Source: Balanoglossus misakiensis
Lineage: Eukaryota; Animalia; Hemichordata
Direction of reading: 5' to 3'
DNA length: 64,000 bases
NCBI GenBank assembly: GCA_040954595.2
Contig: CM082577.2
Span: 8,767,846 to 8,831,845 of the forward strand
The stretch's first letter is position 1, and every line of letters starts with the position of its first letter. A program made the translations under genes and the position numbers. This document shows, piece after piece, positions 25,628 to 37,871 of the stretch. The notes beneath the pieces were generated by a model that worked only from the letters and a program-made list of their open reading frames with translations, ran no database searches and was not told the origin of the DNA.

Positions 25628-28395
25628 CTAAAAATAAAAATTATGAATATCACATTGTGTTATAATATCCTTGATCATGATCACTATATGTTTTTCGTTG
25701 ACAATAAAACTAAATGCTGGATTAAGAACTCTTCTATGCTGATTGAGCTAGAAGTTCAAGAAATTATGGGAAAATCTGCACTAAAAGTCTTTTCAGTTCT
25801 CTGGTCTTTTGTAAAAAAAATAGTAAATTGTCAATGAACGCAACAAGGATTATCGATGTAGTACACCACAAAAGACAAGTTTTGTTGTCCACTACACACA
25901 GATTTATTCATCATCCTAAAAAATATAGCCAGACTCTTAAGAACGTGGCATTTCCATTTTTTAAATGGCAGTTTTCTATCCCTGGTTCATGAATAAGTGT
26001 TTGACTATTGAATGTTCATGAGTTGTTTACCATTCAAATATATTTCAATTTAATCCGTTTGCTCTCAGATAAAACTGGCAAAGAAGAACTTTCCCCCCTC
26101 AGGGCCAAGTTATCAATGACAATATAAGAATGTAATTTTGCAATTTTCCATCAATTCAACAATGTAAACGTAAGATTTACACACAAAAATACCATATCAC
26201 AATTGCCTATAAAGAGCCTGTGCCACGCCCACTTTTACACTGCGTCCCAGCAGGTGGGGAATCTCCAATTAAATGGGTGTTATGGTGTTAGGGCTATTGT
26301 CCCTTGGGGAAATGTGACAATATGGTGTCAATTGTCGCAAAAATCGGTTCAGGAGAACGGGTCGTGTCTTCGATATCGCTACATTTTGCGCTTTTTCCTA
26401 AAGAGATTATTGTTTCACGATGTCGGTTTCCCACGCTTCGGAAACCCGCCTTACTCCATGATCGTCAGGATGGGTTCGCGAAGAAAAAAAAACTGACAAA
26501 CAAAATGATTGAAGTTCTGGTGCGCGGCGAGAATACGCGAGAAAACCTAACTAGATTTGATCGAAACTCTCCACGGCGGTTTTCCATTCTAGTTCGTTTA
26601 CTCTTTCGAAAATAAAGATCACGTTTCCAAATTCAATTAGAAATCTTAGCCGATTTTTCATTTGACCGATTAAAAGACGAGGTATCATCTAGTCTAGTGG
26701 AGTGGCCGTGCCAATGGATATCACCGAGATCAAGCTGTCTCGCCTATCGCATCATGGGAGTTTTTATTTGCAAGAGGCGTTTTAGTTATATTTCACAGTC
26801 GCCAAATACAAAACATGCTGAGATGGTTTTACCGCTCTGGTGGGTAAACAGTTCGAAGTTTGTCGCGAGTTGCACTGCTTGCTTGCATTGCAGCCAGCCA
26901 TGATGACTGGACTGACATTCCATCCCGATAACGCGATTAGTAAACAACGTATCCAGGAAATCGGCCAGTACCGGAGTAGTAGGGGAACAACAGCGAACTG
27001 GTTATTTATGACTATTCCGTAACGTTTGACATGTCGACGGAACTGCGAGTCATGTAATCGGTCGATTATACACACACATCCTCATTGACATCTTTCCCGG
27101 GCAAACAGACGCCTCTTGCCGGTCCCCATCCGGTCCTGTGTGCGCGCGTGTGTGTACAGTGAAGCTGACCATCGCGATGGTAACGACGCCACAATCTGCT
27201 TTCGTTTGACCTCATCGCGAGGATAAAAGACCCGGTCGAGTTTGCAAACCGAATTGTCAAAGCCGCTTTATCTTTACATACTGTTTTTATCATTCCTTCG
27301 GAGATGAAAACGCGATTTCACAAAAGTATTAGTATATTAGTGTAGAACTAGATCCACTCTCAATGTATGTACGTGCGTTGTCAACACGCACTTCATTTAG
27401 TGACGTTTCCTGTCTTTTCAACCGTCACGGTCACTTTCCGGGAGAGAGAGATTAACCTTCTGACAAACTCCAGATTTTTAACGACGAAATGACCGCGACT
27501 AAAGTCGATCCCATTTGCTACATGCATGTAATCTATCCAATTATAAACATTTCTAAATATTTGTTTCCTTCGGTACGTCTGGTGACGTTCAATGTTTGAT
27601 GGCCTGTTTCTTCTCAGAGACTATAAGTGTATAGCATAGACGACCCCAATCTTAGCATCGAGAAGTCACTTATAAAAAACTACCCCCACGGGATGACAAG
27701 CTCCGTTAATTTTGTTTCCATGGTCAATCCTGCACAGGTGTGTGTTACCTTGGGCGAACAAATGATCGCCATCTTAGCACTTGTTCGTATTTTAATTGAT
27801 TTTTTTTCACGGATAAAAATGTGTGAATCTCCCCCATCTATTAAACTCCAACGCAAAATATACTCTCTGGGGTTTTGACAAAAACAACCGCACCATGCTG
27901 GCAAATGCATGAAGCGGTTGTAAATCACGTCAAAAATCGCCAGAAGTGATTCTAACTCTGACAGACAGCCAAAAAACAGCCTCGCATTTTCTCCACGCCA
28001 AAACAGGTAGTTTTGTATTTCGCCACCTAACCGTGTCTGCCTCGGCGTCCCTCGAATAACTAAGTTTCAAAATGCCTTGCGTTCATCCCCGCACGCTAGT
28101 GGCAGCCACAGTGGACAGTTGTTGTGTTTTTTATAGTAAGGGCGGAAAAGACGCCAGGAGCAAAGGCTGGGGTTTTAATCGCCAGAGTGATGCATTTAAA
28201 ACCCAGACAGGCCCGATCAAAGCTGTATATACACTCTCAAAGACGCGTGTGTAACTAGTATAGTATATAGCATTTACATCTGTGAACGAGATATTCAAAA
28301 GTGCGTAGCTCCCGTCTCAACGGAATCTCAAACTCGGTAGAAAAGTTTCCCCCTCCCCGAAACTCGGTGACATAGGACGTGAAACGTACACTTAC

Positions 28396-28523
28396 CTCCC
28401 AACCCAGTCGCACTCGTCGCTGATGTAATGACAGCCAGCCCAGATAACGCAGGTTGAAAGATAGCAAAGCACGAGTTGGCTGGCAGCAACAACACTCCGC
28501 TTACCAGAGAATCCCCAAACCAT
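28396..28523 (-). CDS. METRNL: Meteorin-like protein, coding exon 1 (signal peptide and first Cys motif)
   Basis: ATG at 28523; MVWGFSGKRSVVAASQLVLCYLSTCVIWAGCHYISDECDWVGS; donor GGGAG|GTAAGT (phase 2). YISDECDWVGS matches family YSSDRCSWKGS. Four exons total 933 bp = 310 aa + stop. Confidence 0.9.
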
Positions 28524-30311
28524 TATCGCATGCTAGAACGTGCCCGAGAGGGGACCTACACGGTAACGGGGCAGGCTAGCTCCCCAGCATTTGCGGCGAT
28601 CGCAGTTCTACAAAACTTGATGTGTGTACACGTATCCGCTGCTCTCCACACTACTACAGATACAGAACGTGCCTACAAGCGTCTATCATACAAATGTGTG
28701 GCCAAGACTCTAAGTATCACGCAAACTTCGACCGCCCTCTTCTTCCACAGCGTTTCTTGGGTGACGCCATTCGCTTAGAGGGGTGTCTTCAGTTCCGGAG
28801 AATTCGTCGAATGAAGAAACCCGCAAACGTGAAAAAAAACTCAACTTGATTGTGCCCGGACAATGAAGCAGTCTCTTTTCCCCGCGATACAAACGAGACT
28901 GTGGTTTTAAAAAATGACGAAACGTTAGGTAACACACTCTTTGTCGATTTCCGAAATGGAATGCGCCGTTTTATGATTGAAGTGGACGTCAATCATGGTT
29001 TGACCATACCTAACGCCGCACGCCGAGCCCGCGCTGCAGCACGTGCAAATAATATTAACAAACCACCGCGAAAGACATGCTTTATCAACACCCAGAGCTG
29101 TTCGAGGGGCACGAACGAAATTTTCTGTTTTACTTCCACCGCACTCGTTAAAAAAAATGTTGATCTTGTATCTCTCTTTTGCCAGCAACTTTGTCGAGTT
29201 GTCGGAAGAGGGGAACACCTTCCAACCACTGTCGCGCGCAAGGGATGATGTGAACCCCAAGGGTCATCGAGATTATGGCAATCTGCCAACTGTCATCGAT
29301 AGATTTACCTTTGTAAAAGAAAAAAACACACACAGAGCGCAATTTATAATGGTGGTATAAAGTTTGGGTCAAACTTTCTACGGAATACATTTTGCGATTA
29401 AAAGTCGATTTCCCAGGGACGTGAAAGCGATACGCGCGCGCACGGTTTCCATAACGACGGCGTCAACAACCTGTTAGCATTTCATCACAAGTCGCACAGG
29501 TCGTGGGATGCTTTTTAATTGCTCATTAATTCATGTAGACTGACTATGTGGCGTGCAGAACACCTGGCTACCAAGACATGCGTTTCTCTACTTCTGAAAG
29601 GCATCGTCATCCGGCCGGCACACCAAGCAACGTTTTTTTAAAAAAATGGCATTACTGATATGAAAATCGCGTATTTCTGGTCGTCTTTTAACTTTTTTTG
29701 TCACCCCTTTTTTCACGATAGTGTCTCATGGCAACCACGAAAACTAGACCACAGTTAAGAAGTTACACCATGCAATATTTTTGTTCCTAGTATAACGGGT
29801 CCGGGATGCACTTGTGAATTTACCCAAACTGAGATGATGCGGGCTACAACTTAACCGCAATCGCCCGAAGTTGGGATAAGTACCCGTCGATCGACGATAC
29901 GCGATGCGGGGTTTCTGCTCCGTTTCACTTACAACTGCGGCGCACACCTGTCGCGTGTTTTCCGTCGACAACATCGCCATTCTGTTTTCGATGGGAAAGT
30001 AACTGTACTAAAGGTCCCATACCCAATCAACGATTTTTTTTTTTTTTGGGGGGGGGGGGGGTTATTGTGTGTGGTAACCGGACAGAGACAAAGAGAGAGA
30101 AAAATCCATGAACCAGGCGATATCATTGTGCTGTAGCCTCTTGTAATTAAACTCCCCATAATAGGCAATGGCGCGACCCTAAATCCTTCACTGAAATCAT
30201 ATTACGCCTATAAAGTAATCATTTATATTACTTTATATCCAATTGCAGATGAAGGTATATTGCACGCTTGAAACGGGACCATAATTCTCGCCGTTGGTCT
30301 TCTCAGAGTTT

Positions 30312-30326
30312 TGACGTCTGACGTCA
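30312..30326. promoter_or_regulatory. Tandem CRE-like sites ~1.8 kb upstream of the meteorin-like ATG
   Basis: TGACGTC-TGACGTCA (a near site next to a full palindromic CRE) in a CpG-rich upstream region. Function inferred only. Confidence 0.3.
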
Positions 30327-33300
30327 TCCGCAATATGAATCATAATATGAAATATACACACGTAGCATGGACGAAATGAACAATGGGATCGCAGGGGATG
30401 GCCGTCATCGCTATATGAATAACTTGTATGACAAATGACCAGGGTAGGTGAATCAGTGTGGGTCGCGTGCCGGTATTATATGCAGCTATTTTATAAGGCT
30501 TAAACGCAGCTGGGCGGCGATTTCTGTCCAAACGAACGGCAAAGTCTTTTCCCGAACCATCTGTCGACCCATTTCGACCGTGGGACTTTCGTGTGTGGCG
30601 TCTGTCGCGCAATGAAGTGCTTGTCCGTTTCACGAATCCGTTGAAACGTTGGTAAAGCGGTTCTCGTTTTGTTTTAAAGGGGAAAGAAAGAAAACACTTC
30701 GCTAATAATACATTCATTTATGTGCTTGGGCTTGAGACTTTTTGTTCCGTGTGATTAGCCACTGTTCGCCTAAAACCAATTTTGAATTTCTGACAAATTA
30801 AAAAACGCCTGAGCAAATATTATAAGCCACCAGATATTATAATACACAATTTTAAAGAAACCACCCAAAGCAGTAAATGCATTTTAAAGTAAGGCTGCAC
30901 AGGTATAGGTGTAAAAGGTGTAAAGACTCATATTGTATGCATTTACAGTGTGTGTCTTCTCAAATACCGCGACCTTGCTTTATCCCAACAAACTTTTAAA
31001 CGTTTTCACCCCAAGACCCTGCGCGGCCGGGCTGAGTGGTCGCGGAATTCCTAATCCCGCTCATCGCTAATGGCATTTTTTGTCTTGTGTGTGTGTTTTG
31101 CCGGAGCAGATTCATTTGAGGGTGAAAGCGAGAGAATAAGCCCCCGAAACTTGTATACTCAACAGGTTACAGCAAGTGTCACAGGGATCTCTGCCAAGAC
31201 ATGTCCGCGTCCATTATGTGACGATTTTCTCTTGTTCCCGGCAGAAAGAAAAAAATGCGCGCTTTTTATCTCTCAACCTTCGTTTAGTGAGCATTGTTCG
31301 GCCACTGAAGTAGAAACCATTCTGTCTAGAAAAAACACCACAACGGTCTTTTCTTAAAGCAACGGTCTTTTTGAAAAAAAACTGTACTTGTGTGCCACAT
31401 CACCAGTCCATGCAAATTCTGCTCATTCGGACCGACGGATCACGATCACAGACTGTTACTCGCCCAGAATCTTACTTCGTAGGGAGGGGGATCTCAGTGA
31501 AGCGAGATTAACTGATTCTGGAGGGACTGTGATTGTACCAATATGATCGGGGCGCCCATTTGATCTACACACAATTTTCTTGTATGATATGGTAATGATA
31601 TGCCTTACAGCACAGCCTGGCTATTTTTATAGTTAGTCAATGAGAGTCCGACGTCAAAATCATTCAGGCTGTGGGAGTTTGTGGTTCATTGCCTTTCAAC
31701 ATCACGAGCCGGACTATAGTCTATACAAGGAGATTCGTTTCTCACGTTAATAAAATATGTTTTCTCTCTCAAATGAATTATTTTGCTTCCACGTATTCAT
31801 TGCTTTATTTATTTCAACCGTTTTATTGGCGGAAGCAGGTGAAGTCTGAACCAGAGAAATACTCGCGTCACGGCTGGCCCTGGCACCGCGGAGTGTGAAG
31901 CGCCCTCATCAGACACGCAATCCACGTCATTTGTTTTTACAACTCGCGGGTGCATTCAGTGATGTCGAGTGCGTACCCAGAAACGAGGAATTATCTTCAG
32001 TTCTGGTGTGCGTGTTTTTCATTGCGGACAGGTGTTCGCGGTCTTGAGTCAGCCTCTTGCAGACCGTGTTGTCGTAGCTCTTTTCAAAACAAACAAACCG
32101 AAACGAGTGATCAATGACGGATGTGCGGAAGCTCCGAGTCGATCAAAATTCCACAGGTGTTGCGACCCTGGATTTTCTTCAGTCCAACACTTGGCTGCTT
32201 AGTATTGAGGCCCAGCAGTACCGGAGGCAGCATTCTTCGATGTGCATGGCATGTCATTCGATAAAATTTAATTAACTTGTTTTTCAGGTTTTCCGAAAAA
32301 ACTTTACCATGCACGAGATAACACTGCACACGATGTCATCTGACTTCAAAGAAAATTCCGTCGATCAGACGACATGACTCAGAGGCACCGGAGTTTTGTC
32401 TCGTTGTCTTTTCGTCTCAACTTTTTTCGACACTTTGCGACCCCGTTTCATTCTATTGTGGGTGAATTACTACCTGGGACGTTTCTCTCTCCGCCATCCA
32501 CGCGGCCAGTTCACACAGGTTACCTGATGCCAATAAACCCACATGCGGACCGGGTCATTATGATCAAATACTAGTAATGGTTATTGTCCGCCCTCGGAAT
32601 GGTGGGCTTGTTTAATCTCATTCCATGAAAAAAGCTATAATATTAACATAGTCATATCCCTGTCTTCTGATGCAACGCACCGTTGCTGAAAATCCCTCCC
32701 CGACTCTCCCACCCCGACACCTCATGATTAATTAGAACGGCTACCCCAAGGGAAGTTCTGTCTTTAAATAGTCATTGACGATGTTATATACAGGGCGCTA
32801 TGTGGAGCTACCAGGATGCTTGGGTCGAAGAACAGCAACAAAAAGACGGATGTGCTAATATTTCAAAGCTGGGTGACTTATGCAAGCATAGGACTTCATC
32901 TCACAAGCCGAGTCTTTTGCAGTGGGACTGACAAAAATCCATGCATTTTTCATTTTTCAAAGCTTTGCTTCTAGTGTGAAGTCCCCTCTGTCCTCTCTAA
33001 ATAACACACATTTACATACCCAAAATGCACACATTTACACTTTTTATAAAGAATAATAGCGTCGGGGAAAACATTTTTTGTCTATTGTTACCAAGCTATT
33101 GTTGACAACTGATTCCAAGCTCTCTCTGAATTTAGTCACAGCAGACACAGCTTCTTACGTCCATGGTCACAGTTCTACTTGTAACAAAAGACCGTAAAAG
33201 AGAGAGACTAATTTATAAATGGCTTGCTGCGGTTAGAAGAGTCATGTTGACTGGGTAACATGAATATCAACAAGGTAAACAACTTTGGCGGGAAATCGGC

Positions 33301-33748
33301 TTTCAAAATATCGCCTCTCTGATTGGATGGTGTTCAGACAAAAATTGACGAAATTAGAATTTGGTGGGAAAGAACAGTGCTTTCAAAGCACCTTCCCTTT
33401 TTACAACAGGTATGTCTCCAGCAAATCATTTTTTGTGGTCCACTTGGCGTGAAACTTGTTCTCCCAACTTCAGCCAATTTGGGGGACCTGAACAATAATA
33501 ATAACGGTATTTGCAGTTCATTACAGCTTATATTTGTGATGCTCCCAACTTCCCGCCATGTGGTGCCTAAAAAATGCATCTTACAAGTTGGCGTCATATC
33601 TTGCATGTAGTGTTCGAGTGAAACTGATTTTACAAAATGTGAACACATAATAGGTTTCCCAGCCATCTTGCTGTACCATCTGCATTTTTTCACAACCAGA
33701 GCAAATAAGCATGGCAACAAACGAAACGATTCCATGTTGAGTGGATTT

Positions 33749-33780
33749 GAATAGAATAGAATAGAATAGAATAGGAATAG
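33749..33780. repeat. (GAATA)n microsatellite just downstream of U2
   Basis: gaatagaatagaatagaatagaataggaatag. Confidence 0.85.
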
Positions 33781-33827
33781 CGTAATGAGAGATGACTTAA
33801 ATTTTCTGATTTTAGATTTGTATTAAG

Positions 33828-34015
33828 TGGTGGACCGTTCCCGGAGGTACTGCAATACCGGGTCGATCCGTAGCCAGGACGGAGCAAGCCCCTATTCCAT
33901 GGCCCGTTTCCAAAAATCAGTTTAATATCGAGCTGCTCGGTGAGCAGCGTATCAGATATTAAGCTGATAAGAACAGATACTACACATGATCTTAGCCAAA
34001 AGGCCGAGAAGCGAT
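33828..34015 (-). ncRNA. RNU2: U2 spliceosomal snRNA (~188 nt), intact
   Basis: Minus strand reads ATCGCTTCTCGGCCTTTTGGCTAAGATCATGTGTAGTATCTGTTCTTATCAGCTTAATATCTGATACG... It has the branch-point recognition sequence GTAGTA, stem IIb GCTGCTC-ACC-GAGCAGC, Sm site GATTTTTG, and stem IV loop ATTGCAGTACC ending GAACGGTCCACC. The 3' end is approximate. Confidence 0.98.
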
Positions 34016-34058
34016 ACCGACTGCTGGTTCAGGGGGTCCGACCATATCCAGCAACACA

Positions 34059-34078
34059 CAACTCTAACTGCGGTTTGG
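34059..34078 (-). promoter_or_regulatory. Putative snRNA proximal sequence element (PSE) of U2
   Basis: CCAAACCGCAGTTAGAGTTG at about -63 to -44 from U2 +1; resembles the vertebrate PSE core (TCACCGYG...) at the canonical distance. Confidence 0.5.
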
Positions 34079-34286
34079 ACGATGTATTCTCTACCCATGA
34101 TGCTCCACTTCACAGTTTCATTCCTCATGAATGCTGGAATAGTGAACAGCAAAATACGAGCGGTGTGGGAATAATTCAAATTGGCCAAATTTGTATGTGT
34201 TCTGTGAAATTTGATTGAATTTCTCATTTTCCTATTAAAACCTCGCACAGGTGCTGTATTTTCCCCCTAACCAATAATACATTCAT

Positions 34287-34294
34287 ATGCAAAT
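34287..34294. promoter_or_regulatory. Octamer ATGCAAAT, candidate distal sequence element of U2
   Basis: Perfect octamer about 275 bp upstream of U2 +1, near the usual DSE position. Confidence 0.5.
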
Positions 34295-34750
34295 TTACAA
34301 AACTACTTATGCAGATTTTTTTCAGAATGTTCTCTTGAGGGCGCTCTTTTAGTTCGAAACACAAGTTCTCAAACGTGACATTTTGTCGGTAGAAACTGTT
34401 ACGACCGCAGTGCGTCCGAGCCAAAAATATGCAGATAATAGAGAGGCCAATTTACCTGACCGGATGGCCTGTTTTATACCCGAACCGGCCAACAGGCCGC
34501 AACAAAAGAAATGGTCAAAGACAGCACACGTACAACATACCAGTTTATTTACAGTGTAGTAATTTAATTGCAGATACGAGTAATGTTCACAATACACTAA
34601 ACTACAAACTAAATTCGAGCGATACCAGGTGACCAAACAAAATTTCAAACAAGCTGAAAGTCTAATTACCATTCTGTGTCTCGACGCACAACGATATTCT
34701 GGCCTTTCTGTGCGTTTTATGCCAGTGTACAAACGACAGCCACGTATTAC

Positions 34751-34996
34751 CTCAAATGCAGTTCCACCGTGACACGGAAACTCGCACCCTCAGGACGGCT
34801 CCCGAATTCCACGCGGCGTCCTCGAAAACATCCACCACGGCTTCACCAAGTCCCTTCGGCAGTTCCAATCCTCAGCTACCACAGTCGACAGGCAAACTCC
34901 GGACGGGTGGGCTCCCAAAACTCCGCGACAATGCGATGGCACAACTACCAGGCGAGAATCAAATGAGCCACACGACAACGTGGCACTGCTTTTATA
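34751..34996 (-). promoter_or_regulatory. Putative Pol II TATA/Inr core promoter plus 214-nt GC-rich non-coding first exon
   Basis: Minus strand: TATAAAAG (34996-34989), Inr-like CTCATTT with A at 34964 (32 nt from the TATA T), a GC-rich segment, then donor TGAG|GTAATA at 34751/34750. Octamer at 35083-35090. Confidence 0.45.
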
Positions 34997-36194
34997 CGAG
35001 CAAAACTAATTAACACCTGGTCACGCTTATATGTTAAATAAAGCAATCAACATAGGTGCACCTGGCCACGAAACAAAACAACATTTGCATATTCCTGCAC
35101 TGACGTAGTTTGTTTTCAATTACTTTTTTTCTATTGCAATGATTCTGTGTTCCATATTCCCAGTGGGCTCATTATCCATAGACCAACAGTGCAATGTGTG
35201 GAGTTTTATAGGCCTACGTAAACGCCTTGATACAAGCCTTCACCCTAAGCACGTGCCCCCCCACATGCCCCCCCCCCACGCGTAGTATCATGTGGCTGAT
35301 TCCCGCAACCAAGGCTGACTTTTGTTCTTTGCAAATTCCAAACAATGCATGGTGGCCTATATTAGACTGTATTCTGCCGTATTTTACAAGCATGGCGTAT
35401 AATTCTCAGAACACGAGAGCACGTTCAGATCGCATCTGGTTAGAAACCAACACGGCAGATTTTTTGTGAATAAATTTGATGTCAACACGACACTTAAATA
35501 AATGACACCGTCCGTTTGCCTTTCATCGAATGAAAAACTACAGCGACAAAATACACTTGTTGACTAAACTGGGGTGATCGATTTGCAAATTAAAACTGAT
35601 CTTACCCCACTTTTGGCATAGATGTGCCCTCAGCTTTCTGATTAGTTTTAACGTTTTGTGCAGTCTGAACGTAAATAAAAACTGATACAGTTTTCAACCT
35701 GAATGTTCAGATTTCCCAATGTCCTATATAAATGCTAGGGATTAAGTACATGTAGCTTTGTGTTGGAGTATAAAGGATAGACCTGAATAAATCACCAAGT
35801 TCAGGCCGGATTTAAGTTTTAAATGTCGACAGCTGGTACATAAATTAAAAGAAGACAATCTGGCAACCCCCCCCCCTCCCCTGAGTGTTATCGACTCAGA
35901 GTGCAAAGAACCGTGTCAAAACTCAGCTGACGCTGACATGAATCGAAGTGTCCTCCAACCTGACGTTTGAGAATTTGTGCGAGTTACGATTTGCGATCAA
36001 ACTGATACTGTGAAAAACTTGAATGAATTTATCAGTTTATTGACTCGGAATGATTCGTGACATTTGGTGATAATTCCAAGCGCAATCTGTGTGTTATCAT
36101 GCATGTCAGGGTGAAGGTCTCACCATGCACGCTACTGAATTTGTGAAGAAGATCCGTAACTTTGTGACGAGAAACTGTAAAAGGCGGTTTGCCA

Positions 36195-36376
36195 TGAAAG
36201 CTGAAAAGTGACATTTTTTGGAGGATACTGTCTCGTGGAGACTACACGTGCCCACGAGACAGATTCACGTGCACACGAGTTACTTACTCATGACCACGAG
36301 ATATTGTGCACGTGATATTGTATCTCGTGCCCTCGAGAAACAAAAATATTCCTAAGTGTCCCTTATGGGCTTTCAC
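36195..36376. mobile_element. Degenerate MITE-like element with repeated CACGAG/CTCGTG motifs
   Basis: Imperfect inverted ends (TGAAAGCTGAAAAGTGACAT.../...GTGTCCCTTATGGGCTTTCA) around several cacgag/ctcgtg/cacgtg units. Confidence 0.35.
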
Positions 36377-36537
36377 ACTTCTCACCTCTCACGCACGACG
36401 CATATTATAACTGACCCCGGGGACTCTTTGGCCAACCCGGTTCCAACGGTCACGTATACAGATTCAGCATATCAAAAGCAAGACCTATACTTTTACTCTA
36501 ATCTTTGACTCATAAGTTTGACAAATTCTTAATATCC

Positions 36538-36596
36538 GTGATGTGACGTGATGTGATATGATATGTTGTGACGTGACGTGATGTGATGAGATGTGA
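36538..36596. repeat. Degenerate (GTGAY)n pentanucleotide repeat
   Basis: gtgatgtgacgtgatgtgatatgatatgttgtgacgtgacgtgatgtgatgagatgtga. Confidence 0.8.
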
Positions 36597-36772
36597 ATTT
36601 GACCCATTTTGGATTTCAAATTTTAGACAATTTGCTCTCTCATTATGAATTTTGCACGGTGACCCCTCAATTTTTATTCTCAATTTTAAAAGAAACTACT
36701 CTTACAAGTAAGTTGCTTTGAGCAAAACACGACAAAAAGATCAAGATTTTGATTATCGAGGCGCACGCTACC
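36597..36772 (-). mobile_element. Fragment of a dispersed non-autonomous repeat; second copy at 61026-61279
   Basis: Its reverse complement shares the exact 18-mer AAAATTGAGAATAAAAAT (36670-36687 vs 61088-61105), downstream GGGTC..TGCAAAAT..AATGAGAG.GC similarity and a similar terminus (GGTAGCGTGCGCCTCGA vs GGTAATATACGCCTTGA). Confidence 0.65.
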
Positions 36773-37871
36773 TACCTCGAGCCGTCTATTAAGCACTCAA
36801 ACGGCTGTCAATACCTTATCTGTCAGGCTGTCATCTCTAATCACGACGCTATTCACACAAAACTGCCACATGCACACTTGGTTCGAAACAAGCCGTTTTC
36901 ACTGAGTGTCCGGAAATTAGTAGTGGACACCTTCAGGCAATGACATTGAGCGTTTCAACGCACTCTCTGTAAAAGCCAATGTCTTAAAAGGGGATATGTA
37001 ACAGAGAGTAAAAAAAGTAATATAGAAAATGTCAAACACGACGCGTCAAAAGTGAAATTCCGCTTAACATGCACACCAGAGATTAACGAGGCTGGTAAAT
37101 GAGTTTACGCCACGCTGAACGTCACGGTCAATATGAATATTGTGACAACTATGCCATCAGCTCAGTACTTTGACATTTCTTTAATACTTAAATATCAATG
37201 ATAAACTTTTCGACGTAGGTCAGAGGCGTGATGCTTGTATTTAAACGACGGATTTCACTTATATACTTTGTATTCTTTTGAATATACTTCTTCGTAAATG
37301 CTCCCTGTGAGACGACAGGCAAATGTGTGAAATACCTGTGAAAGTCCGAATTACTATCGGGCAAATAATGACTGTCATATACACCTAAGTCCCAAATTCA
37401 TTACCCAATGATCATCACTTCAATATTCGCGATAAGCTTATTAGTCATACCCATAATCTACAGAGCAAATTAAAACTGACTATGACACATTACTCAATCT
37501 GAAAATTGCTAGCGGTTCATGTTATGGATTGGGCATAAAGTCTCGCAAGCAGTGGTTGTTCGTCCATCAAACAAATTACGTTCACAGAAGCCGTACATCG
37601 ATTACGCAAAGACGCGCGCACTGCTAATCCGTCCGTGAAAGTCAACCGTCTTTTCTTTCATTTCGTTAATTTCGCAATATTGGGTCATGAAACCTGTTAC
37701 TACAGTCAATGCAGGGTAATCGCCGTTATATGTGCGACGTAATCATCAGGGAAACCCATAAAATAACTGAAGATATCCCTCTACTTGCAGGCCTCGAAAA
37801 CAAAGAAATCACCATGGCATGCTACTGATTTTATATTAAAACGAATCTTGGAGACAAAGATGACCGAGTTC

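Noticed and set aside
29933-29980. Alternative coding first exon MAMLSTENTRQVCAAV|GTAAGT
   Set aside because: Its phase-0 donor does not fit the phase-2 acceptor of exon 2 and it has no signal peptide. At most a UTR or uORF exon; unsupported without RNA data.
34751-34964. GC-rich segment as a structured ncRNA (RNase P, SRP, 7SK, U3, telomerase RNA)
   Set aside because: I found none of the diagnostic motifs; the TATA/Inr and splice donor fit an mRNA-type exon better. An Rfam scan would settle it.
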